Below, piece after piece: positions 47,716 to 56,647 of a stretch of DNA of 64,000 nt; the first letter of the stretch is position 1, and each line of letters starts with the position of its first letter. The position numbers were made by a program, and so were the translations under genes. The notes beneath the pieces were generated by a model. The model made no database searches and was not told where the DNA came from. It saw nothing but the letters and a program-made list of their open reading frames with translations. Origin of the DNA: Candidatus Melainabacteria bacterium 17Bon1m (lineage in GTDB: Bacteria; Cyanobacteriota; Vampirovibrionia; Obscuribacterales; Obscuribacteraceae); NCBI GenBank assembly GCA_032128875.1, contig JAVLKG010000005.1, forward strand, positions 32,001 through 96,000, written 5' to 3'.

Positions 47716-48696
47716 ATGGACGAAAAGTCAACTGGACAAGCCGCCTATCGCGGCAAGCATTTCACCATTCCACCCTTCTCCAAGCGCGGAGGGTTGCGGT
47801 TCTACGGCAACGCCAAGAGCAATCTGGTGCCCATCGACCGCAATGATCCGATCATCGCCACGCTCAATCAGCCGTTCGACCTGGCGCACTTCAAGACCGC
47901 GCGCAAGCCGCTCTCGCTCGGGTTTCTCTCCCCCGAGGAGATGGCGATTCTCGCCAACCCGCAGCCCGGTGTCCCCCGTACTCTCGATCTGCCGATCAAG
48001 TTTCCGGGCTCCGACTACCGCCTGCCGCGGGCGCTGCGCTGCTACTGGCCTATCATCAAGCGCGCCGCCGACTTCGAGGCCGCCATCAACGGCAAGTGCC
48101 TGGACGAGTACTACTGCTACCTGACCATCGACTGCGGATGGGTGGAGCCGGGTATTCTCCAGCGTGAGGCACCCTGCCACGTGGACGGCTTCCAGGGCGC
48201 GCGCTGGCGTCCGAAGGTGCGCGGCAACCACAGCTACACGGTATCGAATGCGGTGCCGACCGCGTACTACCTCCAGCCCTTCGACTTCGATGCGCTGGAC
48301 GAAGCAGTGCACAACTTCTTCTGGGAGATGAATTACCAGGTTGCTCAGACCAACTCTCAGTTCGAATGGCAGCCTGGTGCCGGCGAGATGACGTTGATGG
48401 ACTGCTACTGCGTTCACCGCGGCACGCCAGCCCCGGTGCGCGTCTTCCGGACGTTCGTGCGCATCTCTTTCGAGGCGCGCATCTTCGACCGGCTCGGCAA
48501 TGCTCACAACCCGCTCTTCGCCTACGACTGGCCAATGGTGAAGCGCGATATCGAAGACCTCAATCTCGTTGCCTTCCATGCCGACAGCGACCCCTCGCTG
48601 CGCGTCTTCCCGCACGAGAAGGTCGACGGCAGTCCACAGGAAGGCCGCAACAAGACACAACCCAACCTCCGCCCCGGCGACTTCGACAAGAAGTAA
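47716..48696 (+). CDS. Putative Fe(II)/2OG-dependent dioxygenase-fold protein
   Basis: HVDG (HxD), VHRG (distal His) and RTFVRISF (Arg); AAGGAG RBS. Confidence 0.65.
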   Translation: MDEKSTGQAAYRGKHFTIPPFSKRGGLRFYGNAKSNLVPIDRNDPIIATLNQPFDLAHFKTARKPLSLGFLSPEEMAILANPQPGVPRTLDLPIKFPGSDYRLPRALRCYWPIIKRAADFEAAINGKCLDEYYCYLTIDCGWVEPGILQREAPCHVDGFQGARWRPKVRGNHSYTVSNAVPTAYYLQPFDFDALDEAVHNFFWEMNYQVAQTNSQFEWQPGAGEMTLMDCYCVHRGTPAPVRVFRTFVRISFEARIFDRLGNAHNPLFAYDWPMVKRDIEDLNLVAFHADSDPSLRVFPHEKVDGSPQEGRNKTQPNLRPGDFDKK

Positions 48697-48716
48697 TCGC
48701 CGGCGTCGGCTTTTCT

Positions 48717-48746
48717 ACTGACTGACTGACTGACTGACTGACTGAC
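48717..48746. repeat. (ACTG)7 tetranucleotide microsatellite
   Basis: Seven ACTG units plus AC, 20 bp after the last stop codon of the cluster. Confidence 0.95.
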
Positions 48747-48905
48747 CGCGAGGTCTATGAGAAACGAGCAGAAGACCGGCTTAACAACCTGGTTTTCTGA
48801 CTCGTTTTCTTGAACTTGCAGATACTAAAGAAGGTAGTAAGTATAAGGTATCACATATAGTGGCGCAAGCATTTTAATCAACCTGTTTGTTCTCATTTTC
48901 TGTGT

Positions 48906-49790
48906 ATGATTTCAACAGGCGACCCAATTATTGCCGGCAGTTTTAAACCGACTACATATCGTTTGATGTCTCATGGTTTACCAACTCGATTAGCCGTATG
49001 CCTAACACTGGCATTAGGCTGCCTGCTGACCTCGATTTCTGTTGAGGCGGCTGACACAGGCGCGAGCGTCGGAAAGAACAACAGTAAAACCGGTGCGAAG
49101 AACGTTGGGATAAATAGTGGCAGAATCACTAGGCAGAAGACAGTTTGGGTAATCGACCAACGGCATCACTCGAGCGGCAATCTGACTTTGTACTTCACCC
49201 CCAATGAATTGAGAATCGACAAAAAGAATTTCGGCTATTTCATTGTTGCTAAGGCACCCGATTGGAAAGTCTATTGCTTCAGAAACGACGACAAAGTCAT
49301 CTGCAAACTGAGCAACCCGGCTTATTTGGCGGAGCAAGGTTTTCGCGTCGGTGGACCTAGAGTCGAAGAATTTCCGAAAGTTGGCGATGAGTTTATCGGG
49401 ATTATCAAAACAAAGAAATACAATTTACAGACTCATGATGACTGGGTTGGCAGCTTTCCCGGTATCCCGTCGGAAATCTACGATCTGATCAATGCTACGG
49501 CGTTTTATCAAACGGAGCCTGCAGATGGAGTGGTGCTAAAGTCATTCAAACATCCGTCATTGAAATCGAGAAAGCGGGCGCGCTTGCTTTCTCTTGATTC
49601 TGAGAACGTTACGGGCATCAGAATTGAGACGATCAAAATAACCAAAGTGCCGTATAAGCCATCTTATTTCAGTGTTCCATCTAACTTTCGCCCTACGAAA
49701 TTTAGAGTAGTTCTATCCTCTGTTGAAAACAGACGCGAAGCGGATTCGATCATTGAACAAATGGGGCTTGGTGAAAAGCTTGGCAAGTAG
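48906..49790 (+). CDS. Secreted hypothetical protein
   Basis: Signal-like segment (start may be 48966); shares APDW.V..R.DDKV and EA.SI...MG.G..LGK with the next gene. Confidence 0.72.
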   Translation: MISTGDPIIAGSFKPTTYRLMSHGLPTRLAVCLTLALGCLLTSISVEAADTGASVGKNNSKTGAKNVGINSGRITRQKTVWVIDQRHHSSGNLTLYFTPNELRIDKKNFGYFIVAKAPDWKVYCFRNDDKVICKLSNPAYLAEQGFRVGGPRVEEFPKVGDEFIGIIKTKKYNLQTHDDWVGSFPGIPSEIYDLINATAFYQTEPADGVVLKSFKHPSLKSRKRARLLSLDSENVTGIRIETIKITKVPYKPSYFSVPSNFRPTKFRVVLSSVENRREADSIIEQMGLGEKLGK

Positions 49791-49909
49791 GACTACTGTC
49801 AGTGAGCGCTCCGTTGTGACTCCGGTTCTCGCCTTTCTTAAGGTGTTAATATCCTTTTCGCTAAAGGCATAAACAAATAGTTGTCGTATTTGAGTGTTAG
49901 GTGTCCCGC

Positions 49910-50644
49910 GTGAATCGCTATTCTTTATTTGTGCTTGCCGCTGCAACAGTGCTGTCAAATCCTGTGATTGCAGCGGAAGTGCCCGCCTGGAAAATGGTGC
50001 AGAAGGAAAAGTCTCTTGGTGTGCAGGCAATAAATTTCTGTCCGAAGGCAGTGAAGATTGTCGATAAAGCTCGTGGCTTTACCCTGGTGTCGTCTGCTCC
50101 GGATTGGGATGTGATTTTGTATCGCAGTGATGACAAAGTATTTTGCAGGCTGACGAAAAATCAATATTACGGTCAGCAAGCTTTCAAGGTGAAACACGGT
50201 CACACACCTGGAAAAGTGCTAAAGACCTACACTTTCGGGCCAGTAACAGCGCCGATGTACTACGGGCCTTACCACAACGATGTGATCAAGCGCTTTGATA
50301 ACGTGCCGATAGAAGTCGAAGATCTTATTTCAGCTTTCTACAAATCTAATTCCATCGATGGAATATTGCTGAGATCAGTCTCAAATTCGATGTCCAGGTC
50401 GAAGACGGATTCGTCTGTATTTATGCCTGTAGATATGAATCCGACCGGCGTCCTTCGAGAGACGCTCTCCTTGAGTCAGGTTGCATACAATCCTTCCGAT
50501 TTCAAAGTTCCAACGGGTTACCGCAAGGTCAACACCATAAAGGAAATTGCAACCGGCAAATCAAAACGAAAAGAAGCAGAGTCGATTTTCTTGGAGATGG
50601 GAATTGGCGATGATCTGGGAAAAGAGAAGTCCAAAGCGCACTGA
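49910..50644 (+). CDS. Secreted hypothetical protein, tandem paralog
   Basis: Signal peptide; motifs shared with the upstream gene. Confidence 0.75.
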   Translation: MNRYSLFVLAAATVLSNPVIAAEVPAWKMVQKEKSLGVQAINFCPKAVKIVDKARGFTLVSSAPDWDVILYRSDDKVFCRLTKNQYYGQQAFKVKHGHTPGKVLKTYTFGPVTAPMYYGPYHNDVIKRFDNVPIEVEDLISAFYKSNSIDGILLRSVSNSMSRSKTDSSVFMPVDMNPTGVLRETLSLSQVAYNPSDFKVPTGYRKVNTIKEIATGKSKRKEAESIFLEMGIGDDLGKEKSKAH

Positions 50645-51034
50645 CAGCGAAAACTTTTAAGCGGATTAATTACACAGACTTGAAGCGGATTAGTGGCGGC
50701 GTCGCACTTGGCTAGCCCGGCTTACTCAGGTCGATCTCGTCTATGAGCGCTTTCTTCCTTCATCTGACGCGATCGCATTATGCGATGTATGTCGACTAAA
50801 AACACGCGCCCTTTTAGCGTAAGGTCATTGTGACCAATTTTGAAGTGCGAATGTCAACTTGTATGAAACCTTGAGCTTGGGTCACTTTAAGCGCTTAGTT
50901 ATTAGTTCTCCCATTTCACTTTTCGAGAAAAACAAAGGCATCCCAAACCAACCGTCCATACCCCCTTCGTCCCTAGAAACCTCCGCACCGTGTTGCTTCC
51001 AGCAATACGACGTTTTCCCTTGAAAGGAAACAAC

Positions 51035-51760
51035 ATGACAAAACTCACAGCCAGCGTGCCCAAGGATGTTGTTCAGTTCGAGAACGACAGCAATCTGATC
51101 ACGTTCGTAATACCGCAGGGTGTCAAGCGCGCTTATTTTGTCAATTGTCCGAATCTGCGCGCCATCGATATTCCCAATTGCCTCGAAATTCTGCACGTGA
51201 AGGAGTGTCCGCAGCTCAGCCAGGTTAAGATTGGCCGAAGCGTAGGTCATATCTCGTTGAGCGCCATCGGCGATATCGAGCAACTGCGAGTGCCTGCAGG
51301 CTGTCACACAGTTTATTTGCACACGCTGCCGGCTCTGCGTCTCTTGCAGGTACAGGGTGACCTGCATTGCCTGGACGTAAGCGACTGCCCCGTTCTGAGT
51401 GACATCCGCGTTCCTGCTAAGGAAGATGGTGTCGGCAATGAACGGTTCTTGCGTCCAGCCAAGCTGCAGTATCTCCATGTGCGCCGCTGCCCGTCGGTTA
51501 CTGATCTCAGCGTGCCCGAGCTGGTAAAGAACCTGTATCTCAAGGACCTTACGGGGCTCGCGGAGATCAAAGTTCCAAATTCGGTCGAATACCTTTTCTT
51601 GCGCGGTTGCAGCAAGTTGGTCGAAGTGGTGGCGCCGGCAAGTGTCCAGCACATTTACTTGGCTGGCTGCACGTCGCTTCGGAAGGCTGTAATTCCTCAG
51701 TCTACGAGGACTGTAGATCTGGAAGGTTGCACTTCTCTGAATGACGTTCTGAGAGCGTAA
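51035..51760 (+). CDS. Cys-containing leucine-rich-repeat protein
   Basis: About ten repeats of ~21 aa with consensus (V/L)xxLxLxxCxxLxxxxVP; AAGGAAA RBS. Confidence 0.8.
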   Translation: MTKLTASVPKDVVQFENDSNLITFVIPQGVKRAYFVNCPNLRAIDIPNCLEILHVKECPQLSQVKIGRSVGHISLSAIGDIEQLRVPAGCHTVYLHTLPALRLLQVQGDLHCLDVSDCPVLSDIRVPAKEDGVGNERFLRPAKLQYLHVRRCPSVTDLSVPELVKNLYLKDLTGLAEIKVPNSVEYLFLRGCSKLVEVVAPASVQHIYLAGCTSLRKAVIPQSTRTVDLEGCTSLNDVLRA

Positions 51761-51764
51761 CATC

Positions 51765-51795
51765 GAAGGGGCGCTGGTTTCGACCAGCCCCCTTC
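51765..51795. terminator. Hairpin between convergent genes
   Basis: GAAGGGG(C)GCTGGT-TTCG-ACCAGCCCCCTTC. Confidence 0.55.
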
Positions 51796-51938
51796 ACTTC
51801 TCATCGAGCTTGCTCGGTGCCGTCTTTCTTCGTTTTTTTGTATCTGGATTTCTGAAACTATGAAGCGTAGTAGAAGCGCTTGAAAGTGAAGAGGTGCGGT
51901 GGGGGAGGGTTTCCTCCAATCCACACCTCTTCGTTTGG

Positions 51939-52271
51939 CTAGTTGGTCGGTGCCGGGGTGATGAGCTTGGCGCTGGCGCGCAGCTCACACCAGAATACGT
52001 AACCGACGACTTCGGGCTGTTCGACGACTTTGACCTTCGCCGAATTGCCTGCTTCGCCTCGACGCTTGGGACTCTCGATCACTTCCAGCTTGGTGCCGGA
52101 AGTGATTTTGTAGTGAGCGTCGAAGAAGCCGCCCGGTTGCGGAGTGAGAAGAAGATATTCCTTCACCTCATTGCTGGCACCGAGTCCGAAGCTGGGTAGT
52201 CCGGTCTTGATGACAGGCAGCACTTCGAGCACGGCACCAGGTTTGACGACATCTTTCTTGAGCATGGGCAT
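51939..52271 (-). CDS. Small hypothetical protein (possibly an SH3-like barrel)
   Basis: AAGGAA RBS; GTKLEVI...AKVKV...VGYVF pattern. Confidence 0.65.
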   Translation of the reverse strand: MPMLKKDVVKPGAVLEVLPVIKTGLPSFGLGASNEVKEYLLLTPQPGGFFDAHYKITSGTKLEVIESPKRRGEAGNSAKVKVVEQPEVVGYVFWCELRASAKLITPAPTN

Positions 52272-52296
52272 ATAGAGAGTTTCCTTCTACGTTTGC

Positions 52297-52962
52297 TCAG
52301 CCGACTTCGGGACCCAGCACCGGCAGATGCCTGCGGAACTGGTTCACCGAGTAGACTCCTTCGAGATACTTGATCTGGTCGGCGCCCAGGGCTTTGAGCG
52401 TTTTGCGTTTGGCTCCCCCTTCTTTGACCTTGAGGAAAACATCAATGAGCTCCAGAGGAATCTCTGACATCTCCTTCGGGCGTCCGCAGTCCGGGTCGGC
52501 GCGGCGGCTGGAGTCGGTGATTTCGGTCGGCACGCCGGCGAGGGCACACAGCTCCATTACGTCGCTTTTCCACACGCCTGCAAGCGGCAGGAAGGTGGCG
52601 ATGCGGCTGGGGAGACTGAAGTTACCCATGACCTCTTCCGAGCGATTTTTGGAGCCAACCAGCCACCTCTGCTCGGCGATAGCAATCGTCGAAAAGGTGG
52701 CCCAGCGGCGGGACTCTTTGTCTTCCCTGCCGCGTGGCGCTGGCACATATCGGATTTCGCCGACCGACTCGAACCAGGCGCGGCAGCGCAGCTGGCTCTT
52801 CGAGCCGGAGTAGACTCCGATAGTTTTTGCCGGACACGCCTGGTTGAACAGCCAGAAGATGAGCGCACTGTCCGAGCCTCCGCTGACCGGCACGAGAATA
52901 CCTCGGGCGCGGCGCGTGCTCTTGCGCAACCATTTGATGAGCGTTTTCAGTCGCTTGTCCAT
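52297..52962 (-). CDS. NadE-like (NH3-dependent NAD synthetase fold) N-type ATP pyrophosphatase
   Basis: PP-loop VSGGSDSA, LVGSKNRSE...G, PLAGVWKSDVMELC...GVP; short and divergent. Confidence 0.78.
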   Translation of the reverse strand: MDKRLKTLIKWLRKSTRRARGILVPVSGGSDSALIFWLFNQACPAKTIGVYSGSKSQLRCRAWFESVGEIRYVPAPRGREDKESRRWATFSTIAIAEQRWLVGSKNRSEEVMGNFSLPSRIATFLPLAGVWKSDVMELCALAGVPTEITDSSRRADPDCGRPKEMSEIPLELIDVFLKVKEGGAKRKTLKALGADQIKYLEGVYSVNQFRRHLPVLGPEVG

Positions 52963-52971
52963 AGTTGGCTC

Positions 52972-53772
52972 CTATGCGCCGCCCGTCAGCATCAACGGAT
53001 TGCCGTTCAAGGAAGGCAGCTTGCCCGAGGCGACGAGCGCCACAGCTTCGGCCACTTCCTCGGCAGGAATGATGCGCTTCTGCGGGTTGGTGTTCTTGAT
53101 CGTGTCTTCGGCTTGCTCCTCGCTCATGCCGCGGTGGCGAACCAGACCGGCGATGGTGCGCCTGGTCATGTCGCTTTCCACGAAGTGAGGGCAAATCGGC
53201 ACGACGACGATGCCGTGCTTGGCGTATTCCAGCGACAAAGTGCGGGCGAGCCCGAGCTGTGCGTGCTTGGACGCCGTGTAGGCGGCGTCGTACTTAAAAC
53301 CTTGGACGCCCGAGATGCTGTTGATGAAGGTGATTGTGCCGGATTTCTGCTCCATCATCGTGGGCAGACATTCCTGCGAGAAGTAGAGGGCGCCGTCGAC
53401 GTTGACTGCGAAAATCTCTTTCCACAGCTTGCGATCGAACGTGTGCGTCACGCCACCTTTGCCGATACCGGCATTGACGACGAGATTGCGCAGCGTCCAG
53501 TTGTTCTTCTTCACCTTTGCCACGGCGCGCTTTGCCGTCAAAGGCTTCGAGACATCGCCGACCAAATAGTCGGCAAACCCGCCTCGATTGCGAATCTCCG
53601 TGCAGATCTCCTGGAGGTCCGCTTCCGTCCTTCCGACGAGAAGCACTGCGGTTTCGTGGGCCATGCGCAGAGCGATTGCTCTGCCGATGCCGCGTCCGCC
53701 GCCCGTGATGATAGTTGCGGCCGTGGGCGCCGCCGTATTGATCTCACTCGACTTTGATTCAGATTTGGACAT
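52972..53772 (-). CDS. Classical short-chain dehydrogenase/reductase
   Basis: TGGGRGIG, NAG, YTASK. Confidence 0.92.
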   Translation of the reverse strand: MSKSESKSSEINTAAPTAATIITGGGRGIGRAIALRMAHETAVLLVGRTEADLQEICTEIRNRGGFADYLVGDVSKPLTAKRAVAKVKKNNWTLRNLVVNAGIGKGGVTHTFDRKLWKEIFAVNVDGALYFSQECLPTMMEQKSGTITFINSISGVQGFKYDAAYTASKHAQLGLARTLSLEYAKHGIVVVPICPHFVESDMTRRTIAGLVRHRGMSEEQAEDTIKNTNPQKRIIPAEEVAEAVALVASGKLPSLNGNPLMLTGGA

Positions 53773-53917
53773 GGGTCGTATCCTCATTGGGAAACGGGCT
53801 CCGGGATCGAACGGTTTGAACGGTCACCGGAGGCACGTTTCAGCAGCGCAGGCTGCCTTTCGGTTGTTCCTGCTAATCCCGAGTAAGCCGACTCGGTCGG
53901 TAGTGATCGTCGGGCGT

Positions 53918-54679
53918 TTAGCGTCCGACCGATGCGCGCCAGCGGTTGATCGCCTCGACGTGGCTCGAGAAGGCAATGTCTTCGGGCAGCTCGTCGAGCT
54001 GGAAGACGCGCGCTTCGGTGGCATCGCTGCCGGGAGCCGGAGTCTGGTCGATTTCCTTGGCGACGAAGAAGAGCAGCACCTGCGGCGTCTTCGGCGGCGC
54101 AAAAGTGTAGATGAGGCGCTCGACTTCGATAGCGATCTTCGCCTCTTCGCCCGATTCGCGAGCGGCGCCTTGCTCTGGAGTTTCTCCAACTTCCATGAAG
54201 CCGGCGGGCAAACACCAGGAGCCCTTGCGTGGCTCGACGCCGCGTTTCACCATGACGATGCCACCGGATTTGTGCGGCACGATGGCGGCAGCGACCGGCA
54301 GTGGGTTGTTCCAGTAGACGAACGTGCAGTGCGTGCACGCAAGGCGAACCTTTTCGTCGATTTCGCGCTCGGCAAGCGGGCTGCGGCAGCTCGGGCAGTG
54401 TTTGAACTGCGGGCGTGCAGTCTTCAGCGCCTCGAAGTCAGCTTTGGCTTTGAGAGCCTTGCTGCGCTTTTCGGCGATGTTCATTCCCAGCCCGAATATC
54501 AGGCAAAGAGCGAAGACGTCAAACACCTTCACTCCCATGATGACCGGAACGACAAGGCTGAGCAGCGCCGAGCCGAACATGAGAATCAACGCAATCCAGC
54601 CGACCGCGCGAAAGCGGTTGAGCAGAAAGCCGAGCCCGAGGGCAGCGGCAAAACTTACAAGAAGTACAGTACCACTCAT
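53918..54679 (-). CDS. Zinc-ribbon NUDIX hydrolase with N-terminal TM domain
   Basis: About three TM helices; CPSC...CTHC; YWNNP; LPAGFMEVGETPEQGAARESGEEA; IAFSSH. Confidence 0.88.
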   Translation of the reverse strand: MSGTVLLVSFAAALGLGFLLNRFRAVGWIALILMFGSALLSLVVPVIMGVKVFDVFALCLIFGLGMNIAEKRSKALKAKADFEALKTARPQFKHCPSCRSPLAEREIDEKVRLACTHCTFVYWNNPLPVAAAIVPHKSGGIVMVKRGVEPRKGSWCLPAGFMEVGETPEQGAARESGEEAKIAIEVERLIYTFAPPKTPQVLLFFVAKEIDQTPAPGSDATEARVFQLDELPEDIAFSSHVEAINRWRASVGR

Positions 54680-54781
54680 TTTGATAGCTCCTTACTAGAA
54701 GCAGAGCGCCGCGAACGGCGCTCTGCAACTTATGCGGATGAACGAGAGTTAGTTGGCGAAGGCGATGTCCGCCGCTAGCGC

Positions 54782-55036
54782 TTATGAATAGCGCTGACGA
54801 TAAGACCGAACAGCACCGCGCATCTTCGCCTTGTAGACGATGTGCGCACCGAAGGCGATGCCGAAAGCAACGCCGAACGCGTAGAGCGTGGGAATGCCGA
54901 ACACCGCAGGCGCAATGAGAGTCGCGACAGCGGTGACGATGAGCGCGCCGACGCAGATGCCGGCGGTCGATTCGAATTTGCTCTGCAGCCAGTAGCCGAG
55001 AGCGATTGCGCCAAGGGCGACGATGATGGTGACCAT
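54782..55036 (-). CDS. Small membrane protein
   Basis: AAGGA RBS; three hydrophobic segments. Confidence 0.7.
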   Translation of the reverse strand: MVTIIVALGAIALGYWLQSKFESTAGICVGALIVTAVATLIAPAVFGIPTLYAFGVAFGIAFGAHIVYKAKMRGAVRSYRQRYS

Positions 55037-55243
55037 CGGGTCAGTCCTTTCGTGGTGAAGGTGTGTCTGTTTCGGGGGTGCTAATCACGGTCTTGGACCG
55101 TCAGCGAAGGCACTGTCGAGGGTTCGGCTTTGCCGAATTTTCGGCAGTGTCAGGCAAATTTCTGGGGTTTAAGTTCAACTCCGAAAAATTTCAAATTTTT
55201 CGGAGTAAAACCCCGTTTTGGCTTTGTGGGCCTGGCTGGACGG

Positions 55244-55672
55244 TCAGTCCGTCTGCTTGGCCGCGATGACCCGCGCCTCTTCCAGCTCCGTGCGCATGAG
55301 CGCAGAGTAGTTGGGCTTGGGCGTATACCACTGGGGTTCGAGCGAAAGTGCTTCCTCGAGAAGCGGGATGGCGGATTTGCCATCGCCTTTTTTCATGCGA
55401 GCACGCGCCATTCCTTCCAGGGCTTCCGAAAGCTGAAAAGCATCTTGCGAGATTCGTGCCTGGGCGAGCGCCTGACCGAATTGCCACTGTCCGTCGTCGG
55501 CGTTTCCCATGGACATTGCCAGGATGCCCTTCTTGATGAAGGTCTCGGCTTTGTCGAAGGCTTCGCGCTGGGCGCGGGTGGGGCGAGGCTTGCCGGATGC
55601 ATTGCTCGCGGAAAGAAATAGGAGCCAGGCGGCGCCTATCAGAAGTGATGCGATGATGATTCCTGAGAGCAT
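55244..55672 (-). CDS. Membrane-anchored TPR-like protein
   Basis: N-terminal TM helix followed by helical repeats. Confidence 0.7.
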   Translation of the reverse strand: MLSGIIIASLLIGAAWLLFLSASNASGKPRPTRAQREAFDKAETFIKKGILAMSMGNADDGQWQFGQALAQARISQDAFQLSEALEGMARARMKKGDGKSAIPLLEEALSLEPQWYTPKPNYSALMRTELEEARVIAAKQTD

Positions 55673-56647
55673 GGTAGTTCTGCCGTTTGGGTTGCACGGA
55701 TGAGAAAGCTCGATTGAAATCAACTGGCGGCGCCACCAAATACGACACCGCTAATAAATCTCAGCCGAACATAATCAGGTGCTTAATTTCCACGCGAGAG
55801 CGCGCAGAAATCTATTGCTAAAAGAGGAAAAAAGTCTCTGTGACGAGTTGTTGGGATGGGATCTGAAAGAAGAAAAGGAACTCGGACACGCTAAAGCAAA
55901 TAAAGAGCCTGTTTCAAGTTTTCAAGACAGATGAGAGAGATGTTCTTCTCTGCTAGCTATGACAACGGGCGCGCGCGATCTTGTCAAGTGGGCATGCGCG
56001 TTCTGCGGAGCGCTTGGCAAAGCATGGCATCGCTGTCTTTCGATTAGCTTTTCACTAATAATCACCTGAAACTTTGAGAAAGAGATGGTTTTGGGTTGCT
56101 GACAACTGTGCAATTGTTCTTTGTGGCGGGCTCACTTGTTTAGCTGCGCTAATCACGGAGATCTCTTGAAAACGGTGATGTCACGCGGTTTTCGCTGCGC
56201 TAATTTCGCGCAGATCAGATCTCCGAGAACTATTGCCAAATAAGCTTTGTAGAAAAATTATCAAGAGAATAGCGAAGATGTACATGATTATTGACATCCG
56301 GGCGCGCGCGCTGAAAACCAGACAGGTTTAGTACTTCTCAACTATTCAGAGTTGAATACGTGATCTGTGTTCGTTAGTTTTGCTCAGTTCGTCTTTCTCA
56401 TTTCTCTGTCTTAGACCCTAAAGCACCAAATACAGGTTCGCACCACCTTGTCCTGATCATGCACTTCTCGCTTGGCGAGATTGTCAGCACACAGGTTTTG
56501 TCGGTGGTGTCGTATTTGGTGCGCACTTTGGGCTGAGCCGTCGCATTAATCGCCTCAAGTTTCCGTCTCTTAGCGATTTGAAGCGCACCGTGTGCGTTTC
56601 CTGCTGTTTCAACAGCAGTCTCTATAACTCTCAAAAGGAGGTCCAAT

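Noticed and set aside
55730-56640. ncRNA or hidden gene in the 0.9-kb intergenic gap
   Set aside because: No recognisable RNA motif, tRNA fold or convincing ORF by eye.
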